Shown: positions 48,301 through 63,300, numbered from the stretch's first letter. The stretch is 64,000 bases of DNA from Thermoplasmata archaeon (GCA_020348445.1 CP070751.1:4812506-4876505); one strand, 5' to 3'. Notes: a model not told the origin generated them from the sequence alone. Numbers and translations: made by a program.

Positions 48301-51300
48301 GACAGCACAAGCACCTCCAATGCTGAAATCGTTCCCCCGGCTGTCACTGTCACCATACCAAAAGTCAACTCTACATACTCCAATACCAGATCATCGCTTT
48401 CCTGCACATTTAGTGAACCGATTGCGCTAATCGTGACACTCAAAGTCTCTAAGGCAGTAACCAGATTTACAGAATTTGGAGCCTGAACATCAACTCTTCC
48501 CCCGATAACTGTTAGGTCCACCGTACTCTGGGAGGTTATTGTATTATCACCTTGCCCTACATCAACAACTCCTGTAACGTAGTTACCTGGTCCCAAAAGG
48601 AAAGCATCGGCAGCTGGGCCTCCAACCAGATTCTCTATTGAACTGAAGTAAAGCCAATTGTTCAAGATGCCCTCATCGGTCCCAGTGAGCTGCCAGGTGT
48701 TGGGCTGGTTGAGACCTTCCAAAGTATCAGAATTGGATCCGCCAATCAGGTTCTCTGCATGGTTTTCCCCATGATATACACGATTACTTCCTTCGGTAAT
48801 TGTAAGACTTCCAACGCTTGCATAAATGCTGCTTGTTACTCCTGAGAAGTCCAGAGTATCATTACCTTCTCCAGCTAGCTCGACAACTGTATCATCTCCC
48901 CAGTTATCTGTGAAAATGTAGATATCATTATTTGCGCCACCATACAATTGATCATTACCAGATTCGCCGATCAGTGTGTCTTCTCCATCACCACCCCTCA
49001 ACATATCATTGCCCAATCCTCCTGTCAGAGTGTCGTTTCCATTGTCACCATACAACTCATCATTACCAGATTCACCGCTCAGCATATCGATCCCATCACC
49101 ACCCCTTAACACATCATCCCCTGAGCCTCCGGTCAGTGTGTCGTTTCCATTGTCACCCATCAACTCATCATTACCAGATTCGCCAATCAGCGTGTCGGTT
49201 CCATCACCACCTCTCAACACATCATCGTCAGGCCCGCCGATCAACGTATCGTTTCCATTGTCACCCATCAACTCATCATTTCCAGATTCGCCAATCAGCG
49301 TGTCGTCTCCATCACCACCCCTCAACACATCATCGTCTGGCCCGCCGATCAATGTATCGTTTCCATTGTCACCCATCAACTCATCATTACCAGATTCGCC
49401 AATCAGCGTGTCGGTTCCATCACCACCCCTCAACACATCATCGTCAGGCCCACCAATCAACGTATCGTTTCCATTGTCACCCATCAACTCATCAATACCA
49501 GATTCGCCGGTCAGCATGTCGGTTCCATCACCACCCCTCAACACATCATCGTCAGGCCCACCAATCAACGTATCGTTTCCATTGTCCCCATACAAATCAT
49601 CGTTACCAGATTCACCGCTCAGCATATCGATCCCATCACCACCCCTTAACACATCATCCCCTGATCCTCCATTCAGTGTGTCGTTTCCATTGTCGCCATA
49701 CAATTCATCATGACCAGATTCACCGGTCAGACTATCGGTTCCATCACCACCCCTCAACACATCATTCCCGGACCCTCCATTCAGTGTGTCGTTTCCATTG
49801 TCACCATACATTTCATCATCACCAGATTCGCCAGTCAGAGTGTCATTCCCGCCGTTACCGATCAATACATCATCGTCAGGCCCCCCAATTAGCGTATCGT
49901 TTCCATTGCCACCCTCCAATTCGTCATGGCCAAATCCGCCATTCAGGTAATCACTGCCCGCTCCTCCATAAAGAACATCATCACCATCACCACCGTAGAG
50001 TGTTGCCACACCTAAACAGCCGCTTGCATCCAATTCATCATCTCCGCTGCCGCCATTAAGGGAAACATTGGAGAGTACCCCGCTGTCTATAAGGATATAA
50101 TCCTCGCCAGATCCGGCATCATAGGCTACAATCCGACTGACATTAGTGTATACCTGTACATAACCTAAGGCAGAGACTTGAATATCCTCATCTCCTGCTG
50201 AACCGCCGACGTGAGAGATAATATAGGACTCGTTGATAGTGCCATCATTACCTCGGGCACCTGCATCAATACCCATGTTCAACCGCAGCGTGCGATCGGG
50301 CCAAAGGCGCGTGGCCAGATTAGGTGGTGGGGGAGGGGGATCACCCACTGATTGAAGGTTGTACAGCACAACATTGATGTGGGCTGTTTTTGTCCTCCAG
50401 GGTTTCCAAAATGTAGGAGCCCAGTACGTGAATGACATATTCAGTTTGCATTGCGTACTTGTCAGGTAGGCATCACCTGAAAGCCCGAAAAGTTTGACGT
50501 TGGCCACATAGGCTCCGCCGTCGAAATGACCCTCAAAGCCCGAATGTGATAGCCTGATATCTAGGGAGCCCTTGGCTCCAATGACCTTGGGATTCAGCAG
50601 CGTAACGTTCATCTTAAACGATATGTCGAATCGACCATTGGACTGGAGGTAACCCGACATCTTGAACTCGAATATACCCAATATTTTGAATGTCAAGGGA
50701 TCCCACGTTGGTACATCGATTCTGAAAATATTGTTAGTGTACTTAATAGACACACTGCCAGAGAGGCTGAAACCCAGGATATTGATCTTGACATTTGCCA
50801 CCGATATCTTGAACGTACTCGGTGGTACGCCGTAATGATATGTCCATATTGCTGTATTGATCTGGAGTTCGAACTTCCCTGCGATATGGAAACCGCTGGC
50901 ATGAATGCCTATATCTTCACTGTTGCCGAGTTTGAGCTTGAATTTCAGAGCCAGGCAGGGATCTGATCCGCCGAAGATACCAGCGCCCCCTTCGACTTTC
51001 AGTGTCGTACCGAACACCGTAGCCGTGGCCTCTAGGTTCATATCAAAGCCCGATGAGGCACTGAGCAAAATCTCGAACTTGCCCTTGATCTCGAACCCGT
51101 TAAAGATTTTCAGTTGTCCTCCCATGAACAGGCGGAAGGAGTTTGGGGGAAGGAGAACAGTCTCCCTTGTTGAATATTGTACATTACCGGTATTGAGATT
51201 TACCTGGTATCTCTCGATATCTGCATCGTCATTGGTGGTATTCACCTCCAGTTGGAACAGACCGATTAACGTAAACCCGTTTGCTGACAACTCCTGATCT

Positions 51301-54300
51301 GTGCTTGCGCCCACCTGCAAGGCCGCAACGATGCCGTCGGTGGTTCCCAAGAACGTTGCATCCACTGTCACGGTCCCCAGGGGGTTCAAGGTCATTAGGC
51401 CGTCGACGTGGATAAAAACGTGACCTTGAGGTAAGTCCACTACTCCATCCCCTGTGTTTCCTCCACCGGAACTGTCATTGGTAGTGAGGCTTACAGTAAA
51501 TGGAATGGAGCCGTTGGAATTCACTGCATCCTTGATATTGTTTGCAGTGGAAAAGCCGTCTTCGATGGCGATCTCAATTACTGTAATACCTTCACTATCT
51601 ACGTAATAATCTGTCTCAACAGTCCCAGGTCCACCACGATCCTTGAACCTTATCTCCACGTCATTATAATCAGCGCCTTTGTTTTTGGCTTCGAAGATCA
51701 GATCGTTGTCATCGCCGTCTATTGTGAGGGTCACAGAGGCTTCTGTATCGGGATCACCTCCCCCTGTGGTTGCATCTGAAATCGCAAGATAGACCTCGGT
51801 ACTGATGTTACCCACTATTGCTAATATGGTGTCGCCGCTTGAGTCCACCAACTTGAAGATACCGCTGGCATCGAATTTGAAGTAAGGACCTGCAGGTAGT
51901 GTCACGATGTTGATACCCTCTCCAAGGGTGACATCATGGTCTGACGTGTTGACTTCCAGGGTTGCGGTGAGGGTAAGTTCCAAACCGGGTATAGAGAGGG
52001 GCTCATCCCCAGTACCCAGTGAGGCGTAAACAGCTAATCCGTCTGTGCTAATCAGAAAAGCTGCGTCGCCGAAATTCTTGGTCGTGGCCTCGATAGTAAC
52101 TCCGACGCCCAAGGCACCGCCCTTCATCACCAGATCACCGTTTGGCTCCTCCCTTATCTCCAGGTAGAGGATATTAATTGAGAGTGATTTCCCCATAGCC
52201 GAGATGGAAGCAGGATTAGGGCTTGTGCCAGTTAGAGCAAATCGGAAATAGGGTCCCGCATCCAGGCTGATTGTTTGACCGCCGATCTCCTCAAAGACTT
52301 CCTCGTTCGTCGTGTTAATCTCCAATGTTATCTTCCCATCAATACCGATGTCGAGTTCATCCTCATCCAGGAGCGTATCCGTGGATGCTGCATCGAACTC
52401 TAACTCTAACTTGCCCACAAGACGCTCCTCATCAATAAGCAGTGCACCCACTGTGGTGAACACGAACAGGGGTTTAAGGCTCGGGTCCAGGCTCACAACT
52501 AGGCTGGTGTCGAATCCTATCTCCAGAAATGCCTCATCAGCTATCTCCAGAGCGGCTAGTCTGGCTATGAAATCAAAGGTCCCGTTAAATTCAACACCAA
52601 TGAACGAAAGCTCGCCTTCGGCATGTATCTTCAACTCTCCTTGGTAGAGCGGAATAGGGGTATCCACACCCTCCACATCCCAAATGACCTCTTGTTCCTC
52701 ACCTGTGGTGTTGATTAGAAGTATGAACTGACCAGAAAGCTCGAAGTCGAAGAGGCCAGCAACCTCATTATTCAGTATGATTACACCGTCTTCGCGGCCG
52801 TCGTTGAGCCATTCCGCCCCTACTGTCCATTCAGGAAGAGCATTCACGGCATTGATTACCTTGCTTCGTACTGTAACACCATCTTCAATCTTGATAACGA
52901 TCTCGTTGTTAGAATAGGCTCCGGTGGCGCTCCCGTCTATGATGGAGCCATCATCGATAATCCTGACCTCGACATTGTTGTATGGTGTTCCTGAAACTCC
53001 ACCAGAAGTCGGTTCGGCGCTCAACGAGTCCATGTCGATTACGCTAGCTCTGTTTGTGGCAGAAGCCCAGAACGTTCCCTCGGCTGTTATGGCGTCCGCA
53101 ACCTGGGCTGCGATTGTCACACCGTCCTCCACAATGATTGTCAGGACCTTGTGGAACATGGAAGAGTCGTCATAGACCACTATCTCTTCTCCGGCAATGC
53201 CACCGTCGATGAACTCGATGATCACATCGTTGAGGTCTACGCCTGGCTCCATGGCTTCCAGATAAATTTCAAAGTCATTGAAGGAGGAAGTCACTGTTGT
53301 TGTGGCTTTTACCATAACACTATCGATACGGAAATCGTTGTCCAATCCAGGGGATATGACCTCAACACGTGCCGGAGACATTGCACTGCCACCTGCAGTC
53401 CGTCCTTCGAGGCCAGACATCCATTTTAGTAGAATGCCGCCATAGAGCCCCTCGTCGCTTAACGAGAACTCACCGTCGGCTGTAAATCTCAGGCCAAAGA
53501 GCATAGCTGTACCTTCCAGTTCAAAGGAAAGCCCCTCATCCTTGTCTTTTATGAGCTCGACATAGAAATCTGACAGTGTAAGGAGGTTGGAATCTGAGCT
53601 GAGGCCAGGAATGGACAGGTTGGGTATGGAGGCACGGGCGATGAAGTTCGGGATAAGGATGGTGGTTAGGTCTGTTGATTCCAGGGGATTGAAGAGCTCA
53701 ATTTCGAACTCGAACCATGCATCCTCGATAAGGCCTTTGATATCCAGGGCTCCCTGGAGTATGAATCCACCGTTCCGCTTAACCCCGATGTCCTCTGGTT
53801 CTCCGAAACCAGGTGTGTAGGCTCCAAAGAAGATTTCATATGATGACAATTCCTCGGCTACAGTGACAACTTCCTCAGGTAAGTCGAAATTTTCAGTCAA
53901 CCAAACAAGGAAATTTTTAGAGGTGAGAAATGCCTCGAAACCTGCAATTGGATATGTTATATCAAAATCGTCCAGCGCAGGATCAAGGAGGAAATCAAAG
54001 AATTCTGCAAGGTCCTCATCCAGGTCGATACCAAGCAGGTCCACAACTGCCTCGGCTATGGGCGAGGTCACAAGGTCATAGAGCAGCTGATTGCGGCTTG
54101 CTGTCTTCCATCCTGTTTCAAGACTTGCTACGAGTCCTGCAAGCCACGGTATTTCAGCCTCGGCGCGGATTCCGTTAATGGTGCCTTCTATGAAAGTCTC
54201 ACCCAGGTCGATGCCTAATAATCTCAGTTCGCTGTAACCCTCGATGTAGCCCGCATTCAGTATCTCTATTAACTCATTCTGTTTTTCTTCCAGTAAGTTG

Positions 54301-57300
54301 TTAAAGTCAATTGGGGTTGCTTTCTCCTCGATGTATCCGCCAGAAGTCGTCTCCTCGCTTAGGGAGTCAAAGTCCATCTCCCATCCCTCATTCGTTGTCC
54401 AGGCTGTGAACGTCCCCTCATTATTGATGGCATCCGCGACCTCTTTGGCCTTGGTCACACCGTCTATGATTGTTATCCGCAGGACCTTATTCTCGGGATC
54501 GGTTGTGTCGTATACGACGCTGAGGGCGCTTCCTGAGACGAACTCGATTTTTACATCGTTATAATCATATCCAAATTCACTGGCCTCGATCCTCAGCTCG
54601 AAATCGGCATTTGAGGATGATGTCACAGTGGCATGGGCTGCCGCTGCCGAATCAAGATAGTCTCCCAGGTTGAAAAGCTTCGCAAATGATGGTATGTAAA
54701 TCTGGAGCTTGGCCCACTCGCTCTGACGGGTCAATCCCTCGAATATCTGCGTTATATAGTCTTTTATCTTGTCGACATCTTCTTTGATGGACATCCAGTC
54801 TATAGAATCGAAATCAATAACAGGAAGTGTCCAGTCGATTCCATTAACTCCACCTGATATCAATGGTGGATTTACAGAGTTGATGTTAATCGCACTGGTT
54901 CCCTTGATTACAGTTACATCGAACGTTCCTTCTGCATCAATTGCCGCTGCAACTTGAGAAGCTGTGGTTATGCCGTCTTCAACAGCAATTCGCATGACCG
55001 GATGTGAGGGATTTGTCTTGTCAAAGAATGCGGACTCTTCTCCGGCAGTGACGCGGTTTTCGAATATAAATACCACTTCATTGAATTCACTACCAGTCAT
55101 TGTGGCCTTGATGTCCAGTTTAAAACCAATGGCATTGGATCCTATAGTTAATGTTGCATATTTTGGATTATCACCAGAAGCTCCACCGGACGTTTGCGAT
55201 GGATTTACAGAGGCTAGGTCGATTACGCTGGTTTCTACGGTGGCCTCTGCTGTGAATGTTCCTTCGTTGTTGATGGCCTCTGCAATATCCCCAGCAGTGC
55301 TAACTCCATCTTCCACAGTGACAATGAGAACCTTGTGTCGCACATTTGATACATCATATACCACAGACTCCGCCTCTGCACTGCCCTCCTCGTGAATGAA
55401 CCTGACACACACTCCATTGAAGTTTGGCCCAAATTCTGCAGATGTAATTGTGAGTTCAAAATCGCTGGTAGACGATGATATGGTTGTTGTGGCTTTCAAA
55501 GGAGCTGTGGTAATCACGTTTATTGGGTCGCTGATGATGTCAGGGAGGAATAGCTGGCCCGTGAGCAATATGCCTCCGAACTTCACGATGTTATCGAACT
55601 GCTCCTGTGTGTTAACTGGGATTAAATTGGACTCATCCATGGTCCTCTGGAGCTTATCAGGATCAGGGGTACTATCTTCGGGATCATCGGGTGTGCTGTC
55701 AAGACATATGACCCTGTCCTCGAAAACAGGTGTGGGGTCGTAATCTCCTACCTTGTTGAGTTGTGGACCAAAAAAGAAGCCGCTTACCGAGCCCAGCTTG
55801 AATCCGTTGAAGGTGATTGTGCTGGCGAAGAGAACCTCCCAGCCAGAGAATGGATTGATGGCGTCTATGAGCATATCAAGCAGCCCAACTGTCTGGCCAG
55901 AATCATCCTTAGCCAGGCCCGCAATGATAGCGGTAATCAGCTCATCCGGAAGGTCAAGCGTGAATGCGAAAGAAGTGTAATCATTGAATCCCTCGAGACC
56001 TGGTGGTAGGTTTGCAAGGATGTCCCCGCCAAACTGCTTGAATATTGTATTCAAGAGGAGGTCACGAATGCTTCCCTCGAAGGAGAAAGACAAGACATCC
56101 TTGTTGAGGAACAGGTCCACAGAAACATCGGGTTTTCCCAGGGGTATTCCAAAGATAACAGGTTGGATTTCGCCAGTGATCTTAAGTGAGGGATTGAAGG
56201 TATCCCACCCCTTGTCAAGGCCCGTGATAGCAGCTTCTATTACAACGTCAGCCAGGTCTTTAAAGAACTTATCCCAATCAAATCCATCCGGGGGATTATC
56301 CAGGTTCAGCATATAAGTTGCTTTGTTGATCAGGGCGGGAACGAGCTCGATAATGAGATCAAGTGCTTGCTCTACTTTTTCTGGAGTCAGATTTCCCAAA
56401 GCTGTGAAACTTAGAGGCAGGATCCCTTCGATATTGTTGGTGGAGTCGCCTATGATGCGATCCACCATGAACTCGCTTGTAATGACCTGCTCGTCCTCAT
56501 CTGAATCCACAGTGCCACTACCGTCGACATCCAAGAGCAATTGGGCCAGAGTAATTGAATGATCTCCCTCCAGGTCCTGGGCTACATCCTCCACCAAAAG
56601 TTCCAGTGTTCCCTCAAAAGCCTCTTCTATGAAAACGGCCAGTCCTACAATGGGCATTTCAATGATCCCGCTGGTGTCAAGGCTCGCCGTTAATGTGATC
56701 TGTGTGGGGAAGAGAAATCCCAGTGGATTACCGGGAGCAGGAACACTGTAGGCCAGGTCGATCTGGGGAACTAAGATATCCGAAAGATCGATTAAAAGAG
56801 CGGCAAAGCCCATGGGCATACCAAGGGCATCGATGGTGCCGTTTACAAGCAACTTCAATCCTGCATCCTCGCCTGAAAAACCGATGTTTGCAGCAATGGT
56901 CACATTGCCTTCGAGCATTCCCTGGACGTAGAGGTTCGTGATGTTACCTGTTGCCGCCATTGTGAATGAATTATTCCAGGTGGGCTCATGTTCCTGGACC
57001 GCTTGCTCCACACGTGTTTTGATGGTGTCGAGGTCGATATCGAAAGGATCGGAGAATACGGGATTTTCAAGCAATTCACTGGGATCGTCAATAGAAGGCC
57101 ACGGTTCACCTCCGAAGCTGAATCCCCCATCCTCGATACCGAGGACAAATCCAGTGGGTCCAAGAACTAGACCACCGATGGAAAACTTGGCCAATATAGG
57201 TCCATATTCGCAGACTATGAGGCTGAGGCCTCCTCCGATTCCGCTGTACGAGAACTTGCCCTCGATGCCTCCATAAAAGGCTGTTTCCTCCCCAGAATCT

Positions 57301-60300
57301 GTTTCCACAGTAACCATACCCAAAGTCAAGCCACCACCGATCGTCACCGGTCCCAGGTCAAAGTCATCTATACCAATTTGGAATCCTCCCAGGTCGACAA
57401 TGGGAAATTCCCCATTCGCCAGTTTGCCGATATCTATCTCCATTCCGTCCACAAGACATGTTATTGGCCATACGTCATTACCTGCAAGCCCACCTGAGAA
57501 TTTGATGGTGAAATCAGTGGGATCCAGCAATTCGTGGGTGTCTGTATCAATGGCACCTGGATTGAATTTAAAGCTGATCAGTTCTACCGCTATTGGAAGG
57601 AATGAGGGCAGGTGAAAAGCAGTGGCATCTGACGGTCCAGTGATGGTAGCTTCAAAGCCAGGAAGGACATGTAAGCTTAAGTTTGCACTGATGGCAAAAT
57701 TGCTGACACTGCCACCCCAACCGCTTATTAATGGGAAATCCTCATTAAAGGCAATTTCCAGCCCACCATCTTCTTCTCCTCCAAAGGTGACAAGATATTC
57801 ACTACCTGTTGCAGTAAAGTCAAATTTAACGTTCTCAGCCTTGAAGTATACATATTGGCCCAGCACAATTTTCAAAAGTAAAATTTCCACAGTCAACCAA
57901 AAACTGTCGAATTCAATGAGAACTGATGAATCAACGCCCGTTTCCACCTCCAAACCATTGGTATCAGGGTAACTTGCCAGGAAGTCTACAACTGTATTAT
58001 TATCATTATCGTCTTTTGTGCCACCCCCAGTGTTGAACATTACTGAAATGCCGCCTGTGAGAGTCAGCTCGTCCAATCCGACAAATCCCACCTCGTCCAC
58101 ACTGGCTGACATGGCAGTCCAGTTCCGAAGATCAGTTTCAGTTTCTGGATTGGCCGTCTTTACCTTCATCACAGCCAGGGCAAACTCAAAATTGCTAATG
58201 GATAATCCCATGGCAGTATCGCTCTTCTCCCCCTCGTCCATAATAAGATCGCCATCGGTGTCGTCCCAGTAGGGACCGTTAACACCTGCAAATGCATGGA
58301 TGACCGTGGCACCCACTGTTAGCAGCTCAACAGTCACATCCTCTACGTTAGTACCATCTGTTACCTTTACATTTGCACTGGTCTTCTTGAAGGCAAATGA
58401 GCCATAGAGATAGAAGAAATCGTAAAGTTTCAGTTTCAATACCCCTCCGACACTTAGGTAATCGAATTCAAAATCCAAGAGCATAGGTGAACCGTCACCA
58501 GTATCCACCTCCAATCCACTGGTGTTCGGGAAACTTGCCACAAAGTCCACGATCTTATCGTTATCAACATCGTCTTTTGTGCCGCCACCTGTGTTGATCT
58601 TCACAGAAACACCTCCTGCAAGGATCAGATTCTCCAATCCAACGAACTCCACCTCGCTTACCACTGCCTTAAGGGCAGTCCAGCTCCTCAGATCTGTCTC
58701 TGTCTCAGGAGTTTCAGTCTTAACCTTCATCACAGCCAGTGCAAACTCCACAGTGCTCAGTGAAAGTCCCATTGCAGAATCGTTTGTCTCGCCATCGTCT
58801 ATCTCACCATTGTCATTGGTGTCCTCTCGCCAGTAGGGACCATTTACACCGGCAAAGGCATGCTCCACCTCGACTCCAATGGTCAATAGCTCCACATTGA
58901 CAGATTCATTGTTTTGAGGATCGATTGTGTCCGTTACAGTGACATTGGCACTGGTCTTCTCAAATGCAAAACTTCCGTTTACATAGAAGAAACCAAATAT
59001 ATCAAGTGTTAGATTTCCCTGTACCCTTAAGTAATCAGTACTAAAGTCAAGCAAAATCGGTGTACCTTCGGCATCTCCTGTTTCAATTTCTAAACCGTCT
59101 GTATCAGGGAAACTTGCAGGGAAATCAACGACTTTATCGTTCTCGACATCGTCTTTTGTGCCGCCACCTGTGTTGATTTTCACTGCCGCACCGCCCTCCA
59201 CTGTCAGGCCCTCGATTCCTACGAACGCAACCTCGTCCACTTCTGCCGAAAGAGCTGTCCAGCTCCTAAGATCGGTTTCGGTTTCAGGAGTGCCCGTCTT
59301 GTATTTCATCAAGGCAAGGCCAAACTCCACTCCACTTAAGGACAGTCCCATGGCGGCATCGTTGGTCTCGCCATCGTCTATCTCACCATTGTCATTGGTG
59401 TCCTCACGCCAATAGGGTCCATTCATACCCGCGAAAGCATGTGTGACTACCAATCCCAGGGTCAATATCTCTACAGACACATCCTCTTCGGTATTCGGAG
59501 GATCTGCACCATCGGTAACAGTTACAGATGTGCTGGTCTTCTTTAAGGCAAAGCTTCCGTCAACATAAAAGAAACCGAACACATCGAGCTTCAATGCTCC
59601 TTTGACTCTCAGATAATCAGTATCAAAATCAAGTAAGATCGGTGTACCGTCGGCATCACCTGTTTCAACTTTCAAACCACCGTCGTCAGGGAAACTTGTT
59701 GGGAAGTCAACAACCTTGTTGTTCTCAACATCGTCTTTTGTACCAGAACCTGTGTTTATCTGCACCTCAACACTGCCCTCTGCAGTCAGGCCTTCTATTC
59801 CAACAAACGCAATCTCGCCCACTTCTGCCGAAAGTGCGGTCCAGCTCCTCAGATCTGTCTCTGTCTCAGGAGTGTTCGTCTTGATCTTCATCAGGGCAAG
59901 ACCAAACTCCACTCCGGAAAGCGATAATCCCATGGCTGCATCATTTGTCTCACCCTCGTCTATTTCACCATTGTCATTGGTATCTTCCCGCCAGTAGGGT
60001 CCGTTCATTCCAACGAAGGCATGGTCCACTACCACTCCAATAGTCAGAAGCTCCACATTGACTGATTCATCGTTTAAAGGATCGAGTCCATCGGTGACTG
60101 TTACAGAGGTACTGGTCTTCTCAAAGGCAAAACTTCCATCAACATAGAAGAAACCGAACAAATCTAGCTTCAATGAACCTTGAACTCTCAGGTACTCATC
60201 TTCAAAGCTTAACGTAATCGAAGTGTTCTCACCTGTTTTCACCTCCAAACCATCAGTTGGGAAGCTTGTGGGGAAGTCAACGAACTTGTCATTATCCACA

Positions 60301-63300
60301 GTTCCGTTCTGACCACCACCGGTATTGATCTGTACAGCAACGCTTCCCTCTGCAGTTAGGCCTTCGATTCCCACAAACTCAACAGATTGAACCTCTGCCG
60401 AAAGGGCAGTCCAATCCCTCAGGTCGGTCTCGTTTTCAGGATCGTCAGTCTTGACCTTCATCAATGCCAACGCAAATTCCACATTGCTGAGAGAAAGTCC
60501 CATTGCAGCATCGTTTGTCTCTCCTTCGTCTATTTCACTATTGTTATTTGTGTCCTCCCGCCAGTAGGGTCCGTTCATCCCAGCAAATGCATGTGTGACA
60601 TTTACTCCCAGGGTCAGAAGATCCACATCCACAGATTCATCATTATTAGGATCAATGCCATCGGTAACAGTTACAGTCTTAGTGGTCTTCTCAAAGGTAA
60701 AGCTCCCATCCACATAAAAGAAACCGAACAGGTCCATGGTCAGTTCGCCTGTGGCCCGGAGTAAATCGTCATTGTGTTCTATCAAATGTCCCCCCACACT
60801 TACCTCGTCTTCATCTCCTATAAATGAAGTTCCATCAGTGGAATCGGCATCCAGATTCACAGAAGTCGTCCAGTCAAGCACATCATCAGGTGCTTCAACA
60901 ATACCAGCAAATGCCATGTTGATTTCCACACCTAGGCTTCCAATTAAAGTCAAGCCTTCAATTCCGGTGAGCTCGGCATTGGTAACCGATGCGTCCACTA
61001 CCAACCAACTGCGGTTATCTGCCACAGGATCAGAGGGTTTGATTGTGGCCAGTGCTAAATACCCGCTCTCAAGGGCAAATCCTATACTATCTGGTATCCC
61101 TGCGAAAACATCCTTAACCTGAATATCCATCATTACCAGCTCGGCATCGTCAAGATCGCCGTCTGCAGTTGAAAAGTTGCCATCCCCATCAGCATCCACA
61201 TCCACCTCTTGTTGAAGAAACTCGAAGCTCACACTGGCCCTTACAAAATCAAACAAATTTATTATCAAATCACCTGAGACCTGTAAAAAATCAACAGTAT
61301 GCTCTATTGTATGGCCACCCACAATTACATCGTCTTCGTCTCCGATAAAGGACGTCTCATCAGTGGAATCATAATCCAGGTTCACATTGGCTGTCCAGTC
61401 TAGGGCATCCCCTGGTGTAATATCAGTTCCAGAAAACGCTTTGTTTATTTCTACAATAAAACCTCCTTTTGCAGTCAAGCCCTCGATCCCAGTCAGCTCG
61501 GCATCGGTTATTGAGGCACTCATTGCCAACCAACTACGGTCATCTGTATCAGGATCCGAGGGTCTGATCGTGGCCAGGGCCAACATGCCCTCTGAAAGCG
61601 AGAAACCAATGCTGTCGGGCACTCCAATAAATACATCTGTGACATCAAGCTTGAGCAATAATATATCGGCATCGTCGAGATCCCCATTGGCTATGGAGAA
61701 GAATCCATTATCGTCTGCATCCACATCCGCCTTCTGTGGTTTGATTTCGAAGCCCACAGTGCCTGTAACAAATCCAAATATATCCAGGGAGGTTAGGCTT
61801 CCGGCAACCCTTAAAAATTCGGTGGTGTATGTGATGTCCATGTCAACAGGTGTGGGGAGCAACTCACCGGGATCCACAACACCAGCGCTCACATAACCAT
61901 CTGCAGGATCAGTATCCACTGCCGTTGTCCAGTTAAGTGCAGTGGTTCCTCCCTCTACCCTGTTGATCTCAAAGCCAATATCAGAAACAGTGGCGCTAAC
62001 GCCTGGGAGGGTTAGCGTTGCAGTAATCCCCGAAGCATTCACCGCCACCCATTTCATACTTCCTGATTCGATGGCTGCAAAACCTACTGTCCCGTCGCTA
62101 ACTGAGATACCAAAGCCGCTTGGACCTACCTTCAGGTTCAGGGAATCCAATGCAAATGTAATGAGAGTGGCGTCATCATACTGAGTTCCAGTCTGACCAT
62201 CTCCATCACCGTCAGAATCCACATCAACAAGCTGCTTATTCACTGCAAAGTTGGCTCCACCTGTGATCAATCCAAAGATGTCAATATCAGAAAGCGAGCC
62301 CGATACCCTCACAATTCCTGAGGTGTAGGTGACCTGATCACCTGTTGTGCCTGTGTCCCCGTCAAAATCCACGAGATCATCAGGATCTTCACCGTATGTA
62401 CCGTCATCGTCTAAATCCAGTGCCAGGCTCCAGTTTAGAGCCGAGGCTCCGCCATAACCTTTGTTGATCTTCACGGCCAACGAATCCAAACTCCCACTTA
62501 TGCTAGGAAGTGTCAGGGTGCCTCCAATGTCCTGGGCTAACACTGCCAGCCATGAACTGCCACCCGAATCCTTCAAACTCGCCACGCCGAGCTCGCCGCT
62601 GGTAATATAAAGGCCAAATCCGCTCTTACCTACATATATCATGGGACTGCTTAGTGAGAAGGTGATCAGTGTTGCATCTTCATATTGATCATCTGTTGTA
62701 CCTGTGTTGCCGTCCAAATCCACATCCACAACCTCCTTGGAAACAGAAAAACTGGCACTACCGGAAATCAGACCCAGGATATCCATGTTCTCTAGTGAGC
62801 CCGAGTAGGAGGTGTCTGAAAAATGGTCGCAAAATACTTTACCGATACCAATGGCATGGGTACCTATTGCTTTGAGTTTAAATCCTCCGCCTCCAAATTG
62901 CTTTACCTCGAGCTGCACCTTGGTATCGGTCTTGACAATCTCAAAATAAAGATCTCCGTCTCCGAATCCGAAGAGCCCTGTTGCATCATCGAAGACATCT
63001 GATATCGTCCCAGAGGAGCCCTCTTTTAGGACAAGGAAATCAAACTTTTGACCAACTTGGGGATTGAAGTCATTGATGAGGATTACTTTGAGCATCCCGC
63101 CAAGTTTGATATTTCCATTGACTATTATTTGATCATAGCCATTATCTACAACGGGATCTCCTGGCCCAGGAGTAAGGCCTCCAATTTCGATCTCCAGTGT
63201 TCCCACCGTATCGCCCTTGGGCGGATCCTGGTAGTCATCGTTGATAACATCGGGATCGCCGCTCTTGATAATCAAGTTGCCATTGATGTTAACTATACCT

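Noticed and set aside
49033-49910. Regularly spaced short repeats suggestive of a CRISPR array
   Set aside because: The intervening sequences are themselves repeats and are in-frame coding, and there are no cas genes.
48932-50059. His-rich (375 aa) and Ser/Pro-rich (245 aa) repetitive plus-strand ORFs
   Set aside because: They are antisense shadows of the RTX repeat block and share its 108-bp period.
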